Assembly (NCBI GenBank): GCA_963815515.1
Contig: CAWFGP010000001.1
Coordinates: forward strand, 999,848 to 1,063,847
From: an uncultured Gemmatimonadales bacterium
Lineage (GTDB): Bacteria > Gemmatimonadota > Gemmatimonadetes > Gemmatimonadales > GWC2-71-9
DNA length: 64,000 nt
Reading direction: 5' to 3'
Positions 34,399 to 43,259 of the stretch are shown piece after piece. The notes under the pieces are model-generated. The model did not search any database. It was not told the origin of the DNA and worked only from the letters and a program-made list of their open reading frames with translations. A program made the position numbers and the translations under genes. Position 1 is the first letter of the stretch; every line of letters starts with the position of its first letter.

Positions 34399-35507
34399 CC
34401 CGCCTTCAGTTCGCGCACGATCCGATCCCCCACTTCGTCCGCGCGCCTCAGGCGTCCCAGGTCCGGCCGAGGCAGGTCCCCAGCCAGGGCACGCCTGAAC
34501 TGCCGGACGAAGTCGTCCTGATCGAGCGGATCGAAGAGGCTCTCGGGCGACAGCAACTCCGCGGCACATCCCGCGTAGACGGACACCAGAGCGGGCAGCC
34601 CCGACCACAGCGCCTCATTCACCACCAGACCCCAGACATCCTCAAGAGTCGGGAAGACGAGCAGATCGGCGCTCCGGTAGATGGCCGGCAGCCGCTCCGG
34701 CGGCACACTGTTGTGGAAATGGACATGACGGAGGCCCAGATCCCGGGCGAGCTGTTCGATCGCCCCCTGCTCCGGCCCACCTCCGACCAGTAACAGCGAA
34801 AACTGCGTTCCTTCCAGCTGAACGCGAGCGGCGACCTCCAGGAACAGCTCCAAACCTTTACGGCGGATGAACTGTCCTACGTAGAGGACCACTGGCTTGG
34901 GCTCGACGCAGAGTGCCGGTGCCGTCGGCGTGCAGTACATGCTTTCCGGCACGCAATTCTGGAGCTCGGCCACGGCGTCGGGGCTCACGCCGAGGGCTCG
35001 AAGGTATTCGGTCGAGCTCGTGCCGTAACTGAACCATCCGTGGACGTGATTGACGAAGAGACGCCTCAGCAGTCGCTTCCCGGCGCCAACATGACGCTCT
35101 GTGTGCAGGGTGCCTCCCCACCAGATCCACACCGGCTTCCCGAACATCTTGCCGTACAGCAGCGCCATCAGGGAGCGAAATCCCAATTCGTCACTGATGA
35201 CGGCATCGGGTTTGGTTCGGATGAGATCAGCGAGTATCCCCGGGTTCAGGTGAAGGTATCGTGTGTCCATGACGGCGCCGTGTCGCCGACGCCGCCAAGA
35301 AAGCGTGAGACCCCAGGACACCTTGAGCTTGAGGTGCCGGCCCGCGCCGGCGGTCCACTCGGGCCGATTGCCTTCAGCACCTGACAGGAGCACCGTCAGG
35401 TCGAACTCCTGCGCCAATCGCTCAAACACTGGCAGCCGGTAGGGCGCGAGGATATTGGTCAGGACGGCGAGCGTTTGCCGTGGCCGCGGAGCATCCCTCA
35501 CCGCCAC
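34395..35507 (-). CDS. Glycosyltransferase family 4
   Basis: VGQFIRRKGLELFL...LLVGGGPE...LLVFPTLEDVWGLVVNEALWSGLPALVS. Confidence 0.85.
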   Translation of the reverse strand: MAVRDAPRPRQTLAVLTNILAPYRLPVFERLAQEFDLTVLLSGAEGNRPEWTAGAGRHLKLKVSWGLTLSWRRRRHGAVMDTRYLHLNPGILADLIRTKPDAVISDELGFRSLMALLYGKMFGKPVWIWWGGTLHTERHVGAGKRLLRRLFVNHVHGWFSYGTSSTEYLRALGVSPDAVAELQNCVPESMYCTPTAPALCVEPKPVVLYVGQFIRRKGLELFLEVAARVQLEGTQFSLLLVGGGPEQGAIEQLARDLGLRHVHFHNSVPPERLPAIYRSADLLVFPTLEDVWGLVVNEALWSGLPALVSVYAGCAAELLSPESLFDPLDQDDFVRQFRRALAGDLPRPDLGRLRRADEVGDRIVRELKAG

Positions 35508-36823
35508 GGTACGCTTCGCGCTGTCCCGAGCGGCGCCAACGTGGGCGTGGATGGCCGTGGATCCTCGCGGCCCAAGCTCAGTGCGTCGACCGGTTGCCGC
35601 ACTCGACCGGCGCGCGGCGCCACGGTCAAGAGGCCGGCGACATAGAGCGCCCAGAACAGGCTCTGGGGCGCCAGGTTGGTACTTTCACTGGTATTGTAGA
35701 GCGCCAGGAAACAGAGGTACAACAGCGGCCATAGGCTTCCGGGGGTGGGGTGGCCACGAAAGCTGCGTACGGCTCGCGCCGCACCGCGGCCCAGGCCCAA
35801 TATGAACAGCATGAGACCGATCAGCCCGAGATCCAGCGTAAGATCGATGTAACCGTTGTGTGCCTGGGTCGGGAGCCACCCTTCCACCGAGACGCCCGCA
35901 GCGAACTGCTCCGACCAGAAGCCATTGAAGCCGTAGCCCAGCCAGGGCCGCCGAGCGATCATCCCCAGCAGGGCCGCCCACAGGTCCGTGCGGCCGGTCA
36001 ACGTCACGTCCTTTCCGACGAGGGATGCGAGCACCGGCAACTGCGAGGCCCCGAGCAGCAAGCCTCCCCCGAGCACCAGGACCGCCACAATCGCAATCAC
36101 GACCCCGGCCCGAACGTCTCCAGCCAGCATCCGGAACAGCGGAATGATGCTGACGACGGTCACCAGGACAACGACGGCTGTCGTCGATCCCGCCGCCAAC
36201 AACAGTGCGAACGACAAGATCGCGAGGGGCAGCACCACAGGCGCGCGCCGGATCCGGGCGTTGAGCAGGAGCACGAGAGTCGCCAAGGCCATCATCCTGC
36301 CCAACGAGTTCTTGTTGCCGAACCCACCGGCGAATCCTTCCGACACTGCGCTGCCCGAGTGGGTCAGCCATAGAAATGCATTGGCTAGCGCGTTGAATGC
36401 GAGAGCCCAGCCAAGAAGCACCAGCCACTCTTCGGTTGGGTACCGCTGTGCAAGGTAAAGTCCGCACAGCGTTGTGCCGAGTACCGCCCCGGTGCGGCGC
36501 AACGTAACAGGAGGCGCGACCGACCAGATCACCGACACGACCGCTAACCCGAGCAAGGCGACTAACAGCAGGTCGGCAGTCCCCAGTCGCCAGGACGTGC
36601 GAGGTCGCCGGAGAACTTGCAGCAGGACGACGAAATAGATGGGGGTGAACAGCACGACGCTGGATGCATCCGCCGCCTGCTCTCCGCCCGACGACGTCGC
36701 GAATGCCCCGATGGGCAGCGGCCCCGCGCTCAGCATATAGAGGGTCAGCACCGTGAACGCCGTCTCGAGCGCGGTGGTCAGCGGTACTGCTCCCAAACGT
36801 CTGAACGCTTTCAGATTGCTCAT
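35498..36823 (-). CDS. wzy: O-antigen ligase/polymerase family membrane protein (Wzy-like)
   Basis: About 10-12 TM segments with a large loop carrying GGFGNKNSLGRMMA and WLGYGFNGFW...HNGYIDL (Wzy_C-like). ATG 36823 overlaps the upstream stop (ATGA). Confidence 0.7.
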   Translation of the reverse strand: MSNLKAFRRLGAVPLTTALETAFTVLTLYMLSAGPLPIGAFATSSGGEQAADASSVVLFTPIYFVVLLQVLRRPRTSWRLGTADLLLVALLGLAVVSVIWSVAPPVTLRRTGAVLGTTLCGLYLAQRYPTEEWLVLLGWALAFNALANAFLWLTHSGSAVSEGFAGGFGNKNSLGRMMALATLVLLLNARIRRAPVVLPLAILSFALLLAAGSTTAVVVLVTVVSIIPLFRMLAGDVRAGVVIAIVAVLVLGGGLLLGASQLPVLASLVGKDVTLTGRTDLWAALLGMIARRPWLGYGFNGFWSEQFAAGVSVEGWLPTQAHNGYIDLTLDLGLIGLMLFILGLGRGAARAVRSFRGHPTPGSLWPLLYLCFLALYNTSESTNLAPQSLFWALYVAGLLTVAPRAGRVRQPVDALSLGREDPRPSTPTLAPLGTARSVPWR

Positions 36824-37734
36824 TCGCCGTGCACCACGACATACTCCCGATACAGTAATCCGAACGATCCGATCATCAGGCCGGCCCCGACGCATGCGAT
36901 GACCAGCATCCGCACGGCTCTCGCCTTGCCGAGCATGGCAGCGGGAAGCAACAGCAGGCACCCGAAGGCGAGGCGGGCACAACCCGTGAGCAACCGCACT
37001 GGAAACCGCCGTGCGCCTTTCCGCTCCGATGCGGCGAAGGACGCGCCTCCCCGATATGCCCGACGGAGCAGCCAGGGCACCCTCGCCCGTGACGCCGGGA
37101 CTCGCTCGTATACGATCGCCGAGTCCGCCCAGACGATGCGGGCGCCCCGCTGATGCGCTCGCCTAAAGAAATCGGTGTCGCCTCCGCCCGTCAGCGCGAA
37201 GGCCGGGTCGAACGGCTCGGCGACACCTGCGACCATCGTGCTTGAGATCAGACAGTTCCCTGTCCGCGTGCAATCCAGTGCGGTGCCGGTCGGGTGCCGT
37301 GGACGCTCGAAGAAACCACCTCGTATCGCCCATCCGGGGATCCCCGGCTCGTAGCTCGGAAGCACCGGACCGCTCACCGCATCCGCGGCGTAACGCCGCT
37401 GGACCTCGATGAGCTCCATCAACCAGTCGGGGGTGGCCGTTTCGTCGTCATCGATGAAGGCCAGGAAATCCGCGCCCTGCTCGAGCGCGACTCGCACGGC
37501 CCTGTTCCTGGCGTACGAGATACCCCGCTGGGGCTCGATGTCGTAGACTACCGGCCAGCGACACCTTCCCTGGAGATCGGCGACGGCTATGCGGCTCGAC
37601 CCTTCGGGGTCATTGTCCACCACCACGACGGTCAGCTCGTTCGCCGCATCGACTCGGAGCAACGAGAGACTTTCCAAGCACGCGGCGAGCCATCGAGGCC
37701 GGCGATAGGTGATGATGCAGGTCGCGACTCGCAT
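36820..37734 (-). CDS. Glycosyltransferase family 2
   Basis: TCIITYRRPRWLAACLESL, VVVVDNDPEGS, ISYARN and FIDDDE (DxD). ATG 37734 lies 2 nt after the upstream stop. Confidence 0.85.
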   Translation of the reverse strand: MRVATCIITYRRPRWLAACLESLSLLRVDAANELTVVVVDNDPEGSSRIAVADLQGRCRWPVVYDIEPQRGISYARNRAVRVALEQGADFLAFIDDDETATPDWLMELIEVQRRYAADAVSGPVLPSYEPGIPGWAIRGGFFERPRHPTGTALDCTRTGNCLISSTMVAGVAEPFDPAFALTGGGDTDFFRRAHQRGARIVWADSAIVYERVPASRARVPWLLRRAYRGGASFAASERKGARRFPVRLLTGCARLAFGCLLLLPAAMLGKARAVRMLVIACVGAGLMIGSFGLLYREYVVVHGE

Positions 37735-37736
37735 CT

Positions 37737-39026
37737 CTATCTGGCCTCCACCGCGGACGCGACCTGCCGGTCGCCCCAGCGCGGGGCCTCCCTTCGACCG
37801 AGCCGGTACACCGCGAGCCACATCCCCAAAGCCAGCAGTCCGTCAGACGCCAGCGTCGCGGCAGCCGCCCCGGGCCACGAATACAGCGGGATCAGCCAGA
37901 GGCAGAGCAGCACGTTGATCAGGGCGATCCCGAGCTGTATCGCGGTTCGAACGCCCTGATGGCCGGCGCCTGTGAGGGCGTTGGCCCCGAAATAGTGCAC
38001 CGCTTTGAGAAGCGGCAGCACTGCCAGCCACCGAACCGCCGCGACCGAGTCCCGATACTCGCCGCCGAGGATCATCGGCAAGGTAGGCGCCAGGAGGTAC
38101 AGCCCCGCACCGGCGAGTATCCCCCAGGCCACGCCTAGTCGGAGGAGCCGCCGGGCGTACTGGGCCGTCGCCCGCACTCCCAGGGCACCGTGCTGAAAGA
38201 ACCTGGTATAGCTGGCACTGATGACTGCCCCAATGGGAAGAAAGGCGATGTCGACCACACGGTACGCGGCGGCGTACACGCCCGTTGCAGCCAGCGTCGC
38301 CAGTCGCGCGAGCATCGCCTTGTCAAGGTCATTGTAGATCGTCTGCGCCGAGAGACTCACGGAGAAGTAGGTGCCCTCCCGCGTCCCGGTGGCGAGCCGG
38401 CGCAGATCGAACCTCGGGCGACCCATTTCCCATGAGACACAGGCAACGGCGATGCAGGCTCCAGCCGCCGAACTGACTAAATACACCCACCCCCACTGCG
38501 CCGCGGTGGGCGCGTTGCTCGTTGCGACCAATATCCCGGCCGCGAGAAGCCGGAGGGGACTCACGAGAAGCTGCATCAGGGCGGTCCGATCTAGCCGCTG
38601 GACCGCCTGATAGGCAAACCCGCTCACGTCCACGAATCGCGCGAAGAGGAGGTCGGCCGCGCCGACGGCCACTATCAGCCCGACGGGTATCGACCGCGGA
38701 AGCAGCGCACCCGCGCTCAGCGTCACCAACAGGAGAAGGACGGTTCCTCCGATCAGCGTGGTGGCGAGTGCCTTGCCCCAGTGCGGACCGAACGTGCTGG
38801 AGTCTCGGGCGACGTGCTTTACGAGCAGGTTGCCGGTGCCGAGACTTGCGAAGGGCGTGGTGATGGCCACGAGCGACACGACTCCGACGAACGCCCCATA
38901 ACCATTCGTCCCCAGGGCGCGGGCCATGAGGATGAAATACGCGGCCTGGACACCGGTGCGTATCGTCTGAGCCGCACCCATCCACGCCGTGTTCCGAAGC
39001 AACAGCCCCCCCAGCGGTGGTTCCAC
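37737..39026 (-). CDS. wzx: Oligosaccharide/polysaccharide flippase (Wzx, MOP superfamily)
   Basis: LLRNTAWMGAAQTIRTGVQAAYFILMARALGTNGYGAF..., with about 12-14 TM segments. I prefer GTG 39026, 6 nt after the upstream stop. The track start at 39209 would overlap the upstream gene. Confidence 0.75.
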   Translation of the reverse strand: MEPPLGGLLLRNTAWMGAAQTIRTGVQAAYFILMARALGTNGYGAFVGVVSLVAITTPFASLGTGNLLVKHVARDSSTFGPHWGKALATTLIGGTVLLLLVTLSAGALLPRSIPVGLIVAVGAADLLFARFVDVSGFAYQAVQRLDRTALMQLLVSPLRLLAAGILVATSNAPTAAQWGWVYLVSSAAGACIAVACVSWEMGRPRFDLRRLATGTREGTYFSVSLSAQTIYNDLDKAMLARLATLAATGVYAAAYRVVDIAFLPIGAVISASYTRFFQHGALGVRATAQYARRLLRLGVAWGILAGAGLYLLAPTLPMILGGEYRDSVAAVRWLAVLPLLKAVHYFGANALTGAGHQGVRTAIQLGIALINVLLCLWLIPLYSWPGAAAATLASDGLLALGMWLAVYRLGRREAPRWGDRQVASAVEAR

Positions 39027-39031
39027 GCCGG

Positions 39032-39961
39032 CTACCTTACTCCCGAGCGAAACATCCTGGCTTGCCGGGAAGCGCCCGGCACCTTTCGGACGGTCATCCG
39101 CTGGAGTTCCATAGGGTCGCTGGGCCCCAGTCGGTTGAGGCCGGACCGGACGGTCACGCCCAACTCGAGCCCACAGGCACTCGCGGCCTGCACCACCCTC
39201 CCATCCCAATTGCCGTTCGGATAGGCGATTGCCTTAGGCGCGGCGCCGGTCAGACGGGCGAGATACTCCTGCGCGCGTCCGATCTGGTCCTTCATTTCAG
39301 TCGGGTCGTAATTCGTCAGGATGGCATGGTCCGACGTGTGATTCCCCACAGCCACCTGGCCCGACAGCGCGAGCCGCGCAAGCTCATCGGACGTGAGAGG
39401 TCTATCGCAGTCTGAGACCGGCGTCAGCGCGTCCCGGCCGAACCACTGACGGAGCTGCACTTCGATCTGGTCGTGCCTGAGCAGCTTTAAGCCGCGGATC
39501 TGGCTGGTGATCGTGGCGATGCTCTTCCCGCGTTTGCGAGCGTTTCGGTACAGGGCATCCCACCAGAAGGACTTCCCCTCCTCCACGTGACGGGTCGAGA
39601 TGAAGAAAGTCGCCGGGACGCCACAGCTCTCGAGGACGGGGAGCGCCAGCGCATTGTTGAAGTAGCCGTCGTCGAAGGTGATCGCCGCCGTCAACCCCGG
39701 CAGCGCACTGAAGATCGCTGCGTGCAGGTCCCTGACAACGACACCGTGGTCGAGCAAGGACTCAACGAATTCCCGAAAGAAGTCGACCGTGATCGCCTGC
39801 TGGGGATCGCAGACCTCGCTGGCGGCTTCCCGTGCGTCTCGGAACAGGGCGTGAAAGACAAAGACGACGACGACCGCGGCGTCTTGCCCAGGGCGGGTCG
39901 CCTGACGGACCAGCCAACGATCGCGTAGCCAGCGTGCGTAGTCCCCAGCCACCCCGTTCAT
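39032..39961 (-). CDS. Polysaccharide deacetylase (NodB homology) family protein
   Basis: ITFDDGYFNN...PATFFIST...VGNHTSDH...AYPNGNWD. ATG 39961 overlaps the upstream stop (ATGA). Confidence 0.85.
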   Translation of the reverse strand: MNGVAGDYARWLRDRWLVRQATRPGQDAAVVVVFVFHALFRDAREAASEVCDPQQAITVDFFREFVESLLDHGVVVRDLHAAIFSALPGLTAAITFDDGYFNNALALPVLESCGVPATFFISTRHVEEGKSFWWDALYRNARKRGKSIATITSQIRGLKLLRHDQIEVQLRQWFGRDALTPVSDCDRPLTSDELARLALSGQVAVGNHTSDHAILTNYDPTEMKDQIGRAQEYLARLTGAAPKAIAYPNGNWDGRVVQAASACGLELGVTVRSGLNRLGPSDPMELQRMTVRKVPGASRQARMFRSGVR

Positions 39962-40689
39962 GGCGTAGCCCGCGCGTGGAGGAAGACGTACTCGCACCCG
40001 GTGGCCGACACGTGCGCAATCATATACTGCGCACGCTTTAGAAGGGCGATTGCTTTCTTCGTCTCGGCGATGCCGACGGTGTCCCAACGGTGGTGAAACT
40101 CGACCAGGATCTGATCGATCACCAGACCACTCGAGAGGCAGTCCGCGAGCACTTTGTATTCGGCGCCTTCGATATCCATCTTCAGCACGTCGATTCGGGT
40201 GTGGCGCAGCATCGCCGCAACGGTCGCCAGCCGATGTACCTTGGCCTCGACGACGGGGCCGTACGAGACATCGCGAATCATGCTGTAGGAAACGTGGGCG
40301 GGATCCCGCGGGGGGCTGAACCGCGCCGTTCCATCCCAGGCAGCCAACCCGAACTCATGCACGATGAGCTGCGGGGGAAGGCCCTGGGATCCTATCCACG
40401 CCAGGGAGCGCGGCGTGGGTTCGAACGCCTCCACCCGGACCTGGAATCGTTCAATCAGCGCCAACTCGAACGACACGTCGGTCCCGATGCCGGCCGAGTA
40501 GACCACACTGGTCGGTCCCAGGCGGTCGGGACAGACATGCCACGCGGCTTCGCCGTCGCCCAGGCGCAAACAGGGGGCGGCGACGTCCCGCATATAGAAC
40601 ACATCGCGGCCCGCCAGCGACCGGAGCGCTCGCCGGCCAACCCGCAGCGCGTTCGCGAGCCCAATGGAGCTATGGAATAGGTGCGGCAT
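39958..40689 (-). CDS. FkbM-family methyltransferase
   Basis: VYSAGIGTDVSFE...EAFEPTP...IDVLKMDIEGAEYKVL...QILVEFHH. The start is either ATG 40689 or the track's 40737; both overlap the upstream gene's end. Confidence 0.8.
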   Translation of the reverse strand: MPHLFHSSIGLANALRVGRRALRSLAGRDVFYMRDVAAPCLRLGDGEAAWHVCPDRLGPTSVVYSAGIGTDVSFELALIERFQVRVEAFEPTPRSLAWIGSQGLPPQLIVHEFGLAAWDGTARFSPPRDPAHVSYSMIRDVSYGPVVEAKVHRLATVAAMLRHTRIDVLKMDIEGAEYKVLADCLSSGLVIDQILVEFHHRWDTVGIAETKKAIALLKRAQYMIAHVSATGCEYVFLHARATP

Positions 40690-41665
40690 CGATGTCCCTC
40701 CGCGGAAGGGACAACTGGACCGATGACCCCGAGTCAACCTTCCGGAACACGTAGAGCATGGTCCCGACTTCCGCCTCGAGGGAAGAGAGCGCCGCGAGCC
40801 TTGCCAGCACGCGGAGCAGAGGAAAGACCATCAGGTGGAGTGGGCGGCTCCGACCCCGAAGACGTGCTTCGAGCCCTTCCCACCATCGGCTGATGCGGCC
40901 GGCCACCGGCTCCGAGGTCTCGAGCACGAGGCCGCTCCGTGCAGCAAGGTCGCGAAGCCGGTTTGGGGAGTACCCCGCGCGACGCTTCGTGAGCCGGTCT
41001 TCATGCTTCTCCGGTCGCTGACGCTCGTTCAGCGGCAGGACATCCAGTCCACACTCCTGCTCGCAGACCCATACGCCTCCGGCGCGGAGAACGCGCCCGA
41101 TCTCGCCGACGACCCCGACATCGTTTCCGATGAACTGCAGCACTTCAATCACCAGCACGGCATCGACGGTCTGAGCGGCAAGCGGTATCGCCTCCGCACT
41201 GCAGACAAGCCCGCAAACGGGAAGCTTGAGAGTCCGGCCCGTAACATTGGCCCGGCGGATGTGCCGGAATGAGAGATCGGCTAGGAAATGAAGGCTGCCG
41301 GGACGACGGATCGCGTCGGCGATCGAATACAAGCCGGCTCCCGCGCCGAGGTCGAGTACCGCCGCCGGCTCCGTCCGCCGGAGCGCCGCCAGCACCTGCC
41401 GAAACCGGCGGTGGGCGGCGAGCTCCGGGAAACCGAACAGCCTGACGTACCAGCGGAAGAACAAGATCCGGGGGCCACCCCCCAGGGCCCACAGGGCCAG
41501 CACCGAGGGTTCCAGGCGAGTCAGTGCCCTTCCGTACGCACCAGCGGCCACCGCACGGATCTGCCCCGCTCCATGTTCCGGCATTCCGACCGAGGGACTC
41601 TCCTTCCCGGCAGGGACGGCGCGGCGCTTCAACGCCTTAGACCGCCCCGCGGCCGCGGAGGACAA
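40670..41665 (-). CDS. Class I SAM-dependent methyltransferase
   Basis: Motif I is VLDLGAGAGLY, followed by VDAVLVIEVLQFI and VLRAGGVWV. The start is uncertain (41665 or ATG 41584). Confidence 0.75.
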   Translation of the reverse strand: MSSAAAGRSKALKRRAVPAGKESPSVGMPEHGAGQIRAVAAGAYGRALTRLEPSVLALWALGGGPRILFFRWYVRLFGFPELAAHRRFRQVLAALRRTEPAAVLDLGAGAGLYSIADAIRRPGSLHFLADLSFRHIRRANVTGRTLKLPVCGLVCSAEAIPLAAQTVDAVLVIEVLQFIGNDVGVVGEIGRVLRAGGVWVCEQECGLDVLPLNERQRPEKHEDRLTKRRAGYSPNRLRDLAARSGLVLETSEPVAGRISRWWEGLEARLRGRSRPLHLMVFPLLRVLARLAALSSLEAEVGTMLYVFRKVDSGSSVQLSLPRRDIDAAPIP

Positions 41666-43259
41666 CCGGAATGGTCTGCATGAGGATCAGCGCATCCATC
41701 GCCAGCGACCATCGGTCGATGTACTGGAGATCCAAGGCCACCCAGCGATCGAAATCCGCTTCCTCACTCCGCCCGCGGATCTGCCACAAGCAGGTGAGCC
41801 CCGGGCGCACGCTGAACCGTCGCATCAAGCAGGCGTCCGTGAAGCGCCCGACATCACGCTCGGGCAGCGGGCGGGGGCCGACCAGGGACATCTCGCCCCG
41901 GAGCACGTTCAGGAACTGGGGCAGCTCATCGATCGAGGTGCGCCTCAGCCAGCGTCCCACCGAGGTGAGCCGGGGATCGTTTCGGATCTTGAAGGCCGGT
42001 CCACTGACCTCGTTGAGGTGCTCCAGACTCGCCTGCAGCGACTGCGCACCATCGACCATGGTGCGAAACTTGAACATGTTGAATCGGCGCCGATTGAAGC
42101 CGTACCTCGGCTGAACGAACAGGACGGGCCCCGGGCTGGTGAGCTTGATCGCCATCGCCGCCGCAAGCATCACCGGCGCCAGCGCCACCAGCCCGACGAC
42201 CGCGCCGAGGACGTCAGTCGCGCGCTTGATGAGAAGCCGGTAATCGTCGGTCGTCATGAGCATCGCGACCACCGGGCCGGTGGCCAGGCCCTCGAACCGA
42301 GTCTGCGCTTGCGCGTGCTGAAACAGGTCCGCGAGATACTTGGCCCGCACCCCGACGCGCTCGCAGATCTGCAGGGTCCGCTGCACCTCCTCGTAGCGCG
42401 ACTTGATCGGAAGCGCGATGAGGACCTCGTCGACGGAGCTGTGCATCAGGATGCTTTCGAAGTTCTCCAGCGATCCCAGAAACAAGCCGTGCGGCAAGCG
42501 CTCGGGCTCCCACACGCCAACGTCGACGAAGCCGACCACCCGGGAGGGCGGCTGGGCCCGCCCGTGCAGCGCCTGGTACAGACTCAGGGCGCGAGGTCCC
42601 GTCCCGACGATGAGCACGTCGTGCGGCTCCCGATCCCGCCACAGCACGAGGTGCCGCAATGCGCTCCGAACCAGCGGGATGGTGACCATTGATCCCACCC
42701 AGAAGCCGAGCACGGTCGTGACGCTGAACGCGCCCGTCACGCTGATGATCGGGAACACCAGCGCGAGTACGCTTCCCGTGGTGCACGCGCCGATAATCCG
42801 GAGGCGCTCCCGCCCCGGCGTGTGGACGCGCTCCCACTCGTACAGGCCCCAGGCGTGGAACAGCAGTCTCCAGGCCACGGCGAAGCCTATCACGTACGCC
42901 AGATTCCTGACCGTCACCCGCATGGCCAGGAACTGCTCGCCGGCGATCGTGGGAAAGTTACTGATCAAGAAAATCCCCAGCAGCAGCACCGGAGCGGCGA
43001 TAAGGTCGGCGGTCCGACAGAGGCGAAGGTACAGCCCCGTCTCGGAGCGACCGGTATTCGGCCGTTCCGAGGCGCTGGCTCGCCGTGCGAGTGAGCCGGC
43101 GGCACCGGAAGGCGTCCCCACGGAGTTCCACCGGCCCACTCGCGAGGGGTCGGGCCGACGCCCCGCAGCGGAAAGCGTGCTCTCGGACCCCGCCGGCACC
43201 TCTCCCATAGTCATGTGTCCGAGGTCATTCGTCGGTACGGGTGACGTAGGCTTCTTCAT
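41637..43259 (-). CDS. Exopolysaccharide polyprenyl-phosphate glycosyl-phosphotransferase (initiating sugar transferase, WbaP/EpsB-like)
   Basis: N-terminal TM bundle and a central Rossmann-like region (HDVLIVGTGPRA). The C-terminus has KRATDVLGAVVGL...SPGPVLFVQPRYG...FKFRTM...IDELPQFLNVLRGEMSLVGPRPL. Confidence 0.9.
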   Translation of the reverse strand: MKKPTSPVPTNDLGHMTMGEVPAGSESTLSAAGRRPDPSRVGRWNSVGTPSGAAGSLARRASASERPNTGRSETGLYLRLCRTADLIAAPVLLLGIFLISNFPTIAGEQFLAMRVTVRNLAYVIGFAVAWRLLFHAWGLYEWERVHTPGRERLRIIGACTTGSVLALVFPIISVTGAFSVTTVLGFWVGSMVTIPLVRSALRHLVLWRDREPHDVLIVGTGPRALSLYQALHGRAQPPSRVVGFVDVGVWEPERLPHGLFLGSLENFESILMHSSVDEVLIALPIKSRYEEVQRTLQICERVGVRAKYLADLFQHAQAQTRFEGLATGPVVAMLMTTDDYRLLIKRATDVLGAVVGLVALAPVMLAAAMAIKLTSPGPVLFVQPRYGFNRRRFNMFKFRTMVDGAQSLQASLEHLNEVSGPAFKIRNDPRLTSVGRWLRRTSIDELPQFLNVLRGEMSLVGPRPLPERDVGRFTDACLMRRFSVRPGLTCLWQIRGRSEEADFDRWVALDLQYIDRWSLAMDALILMQTIPVVLRGRGAV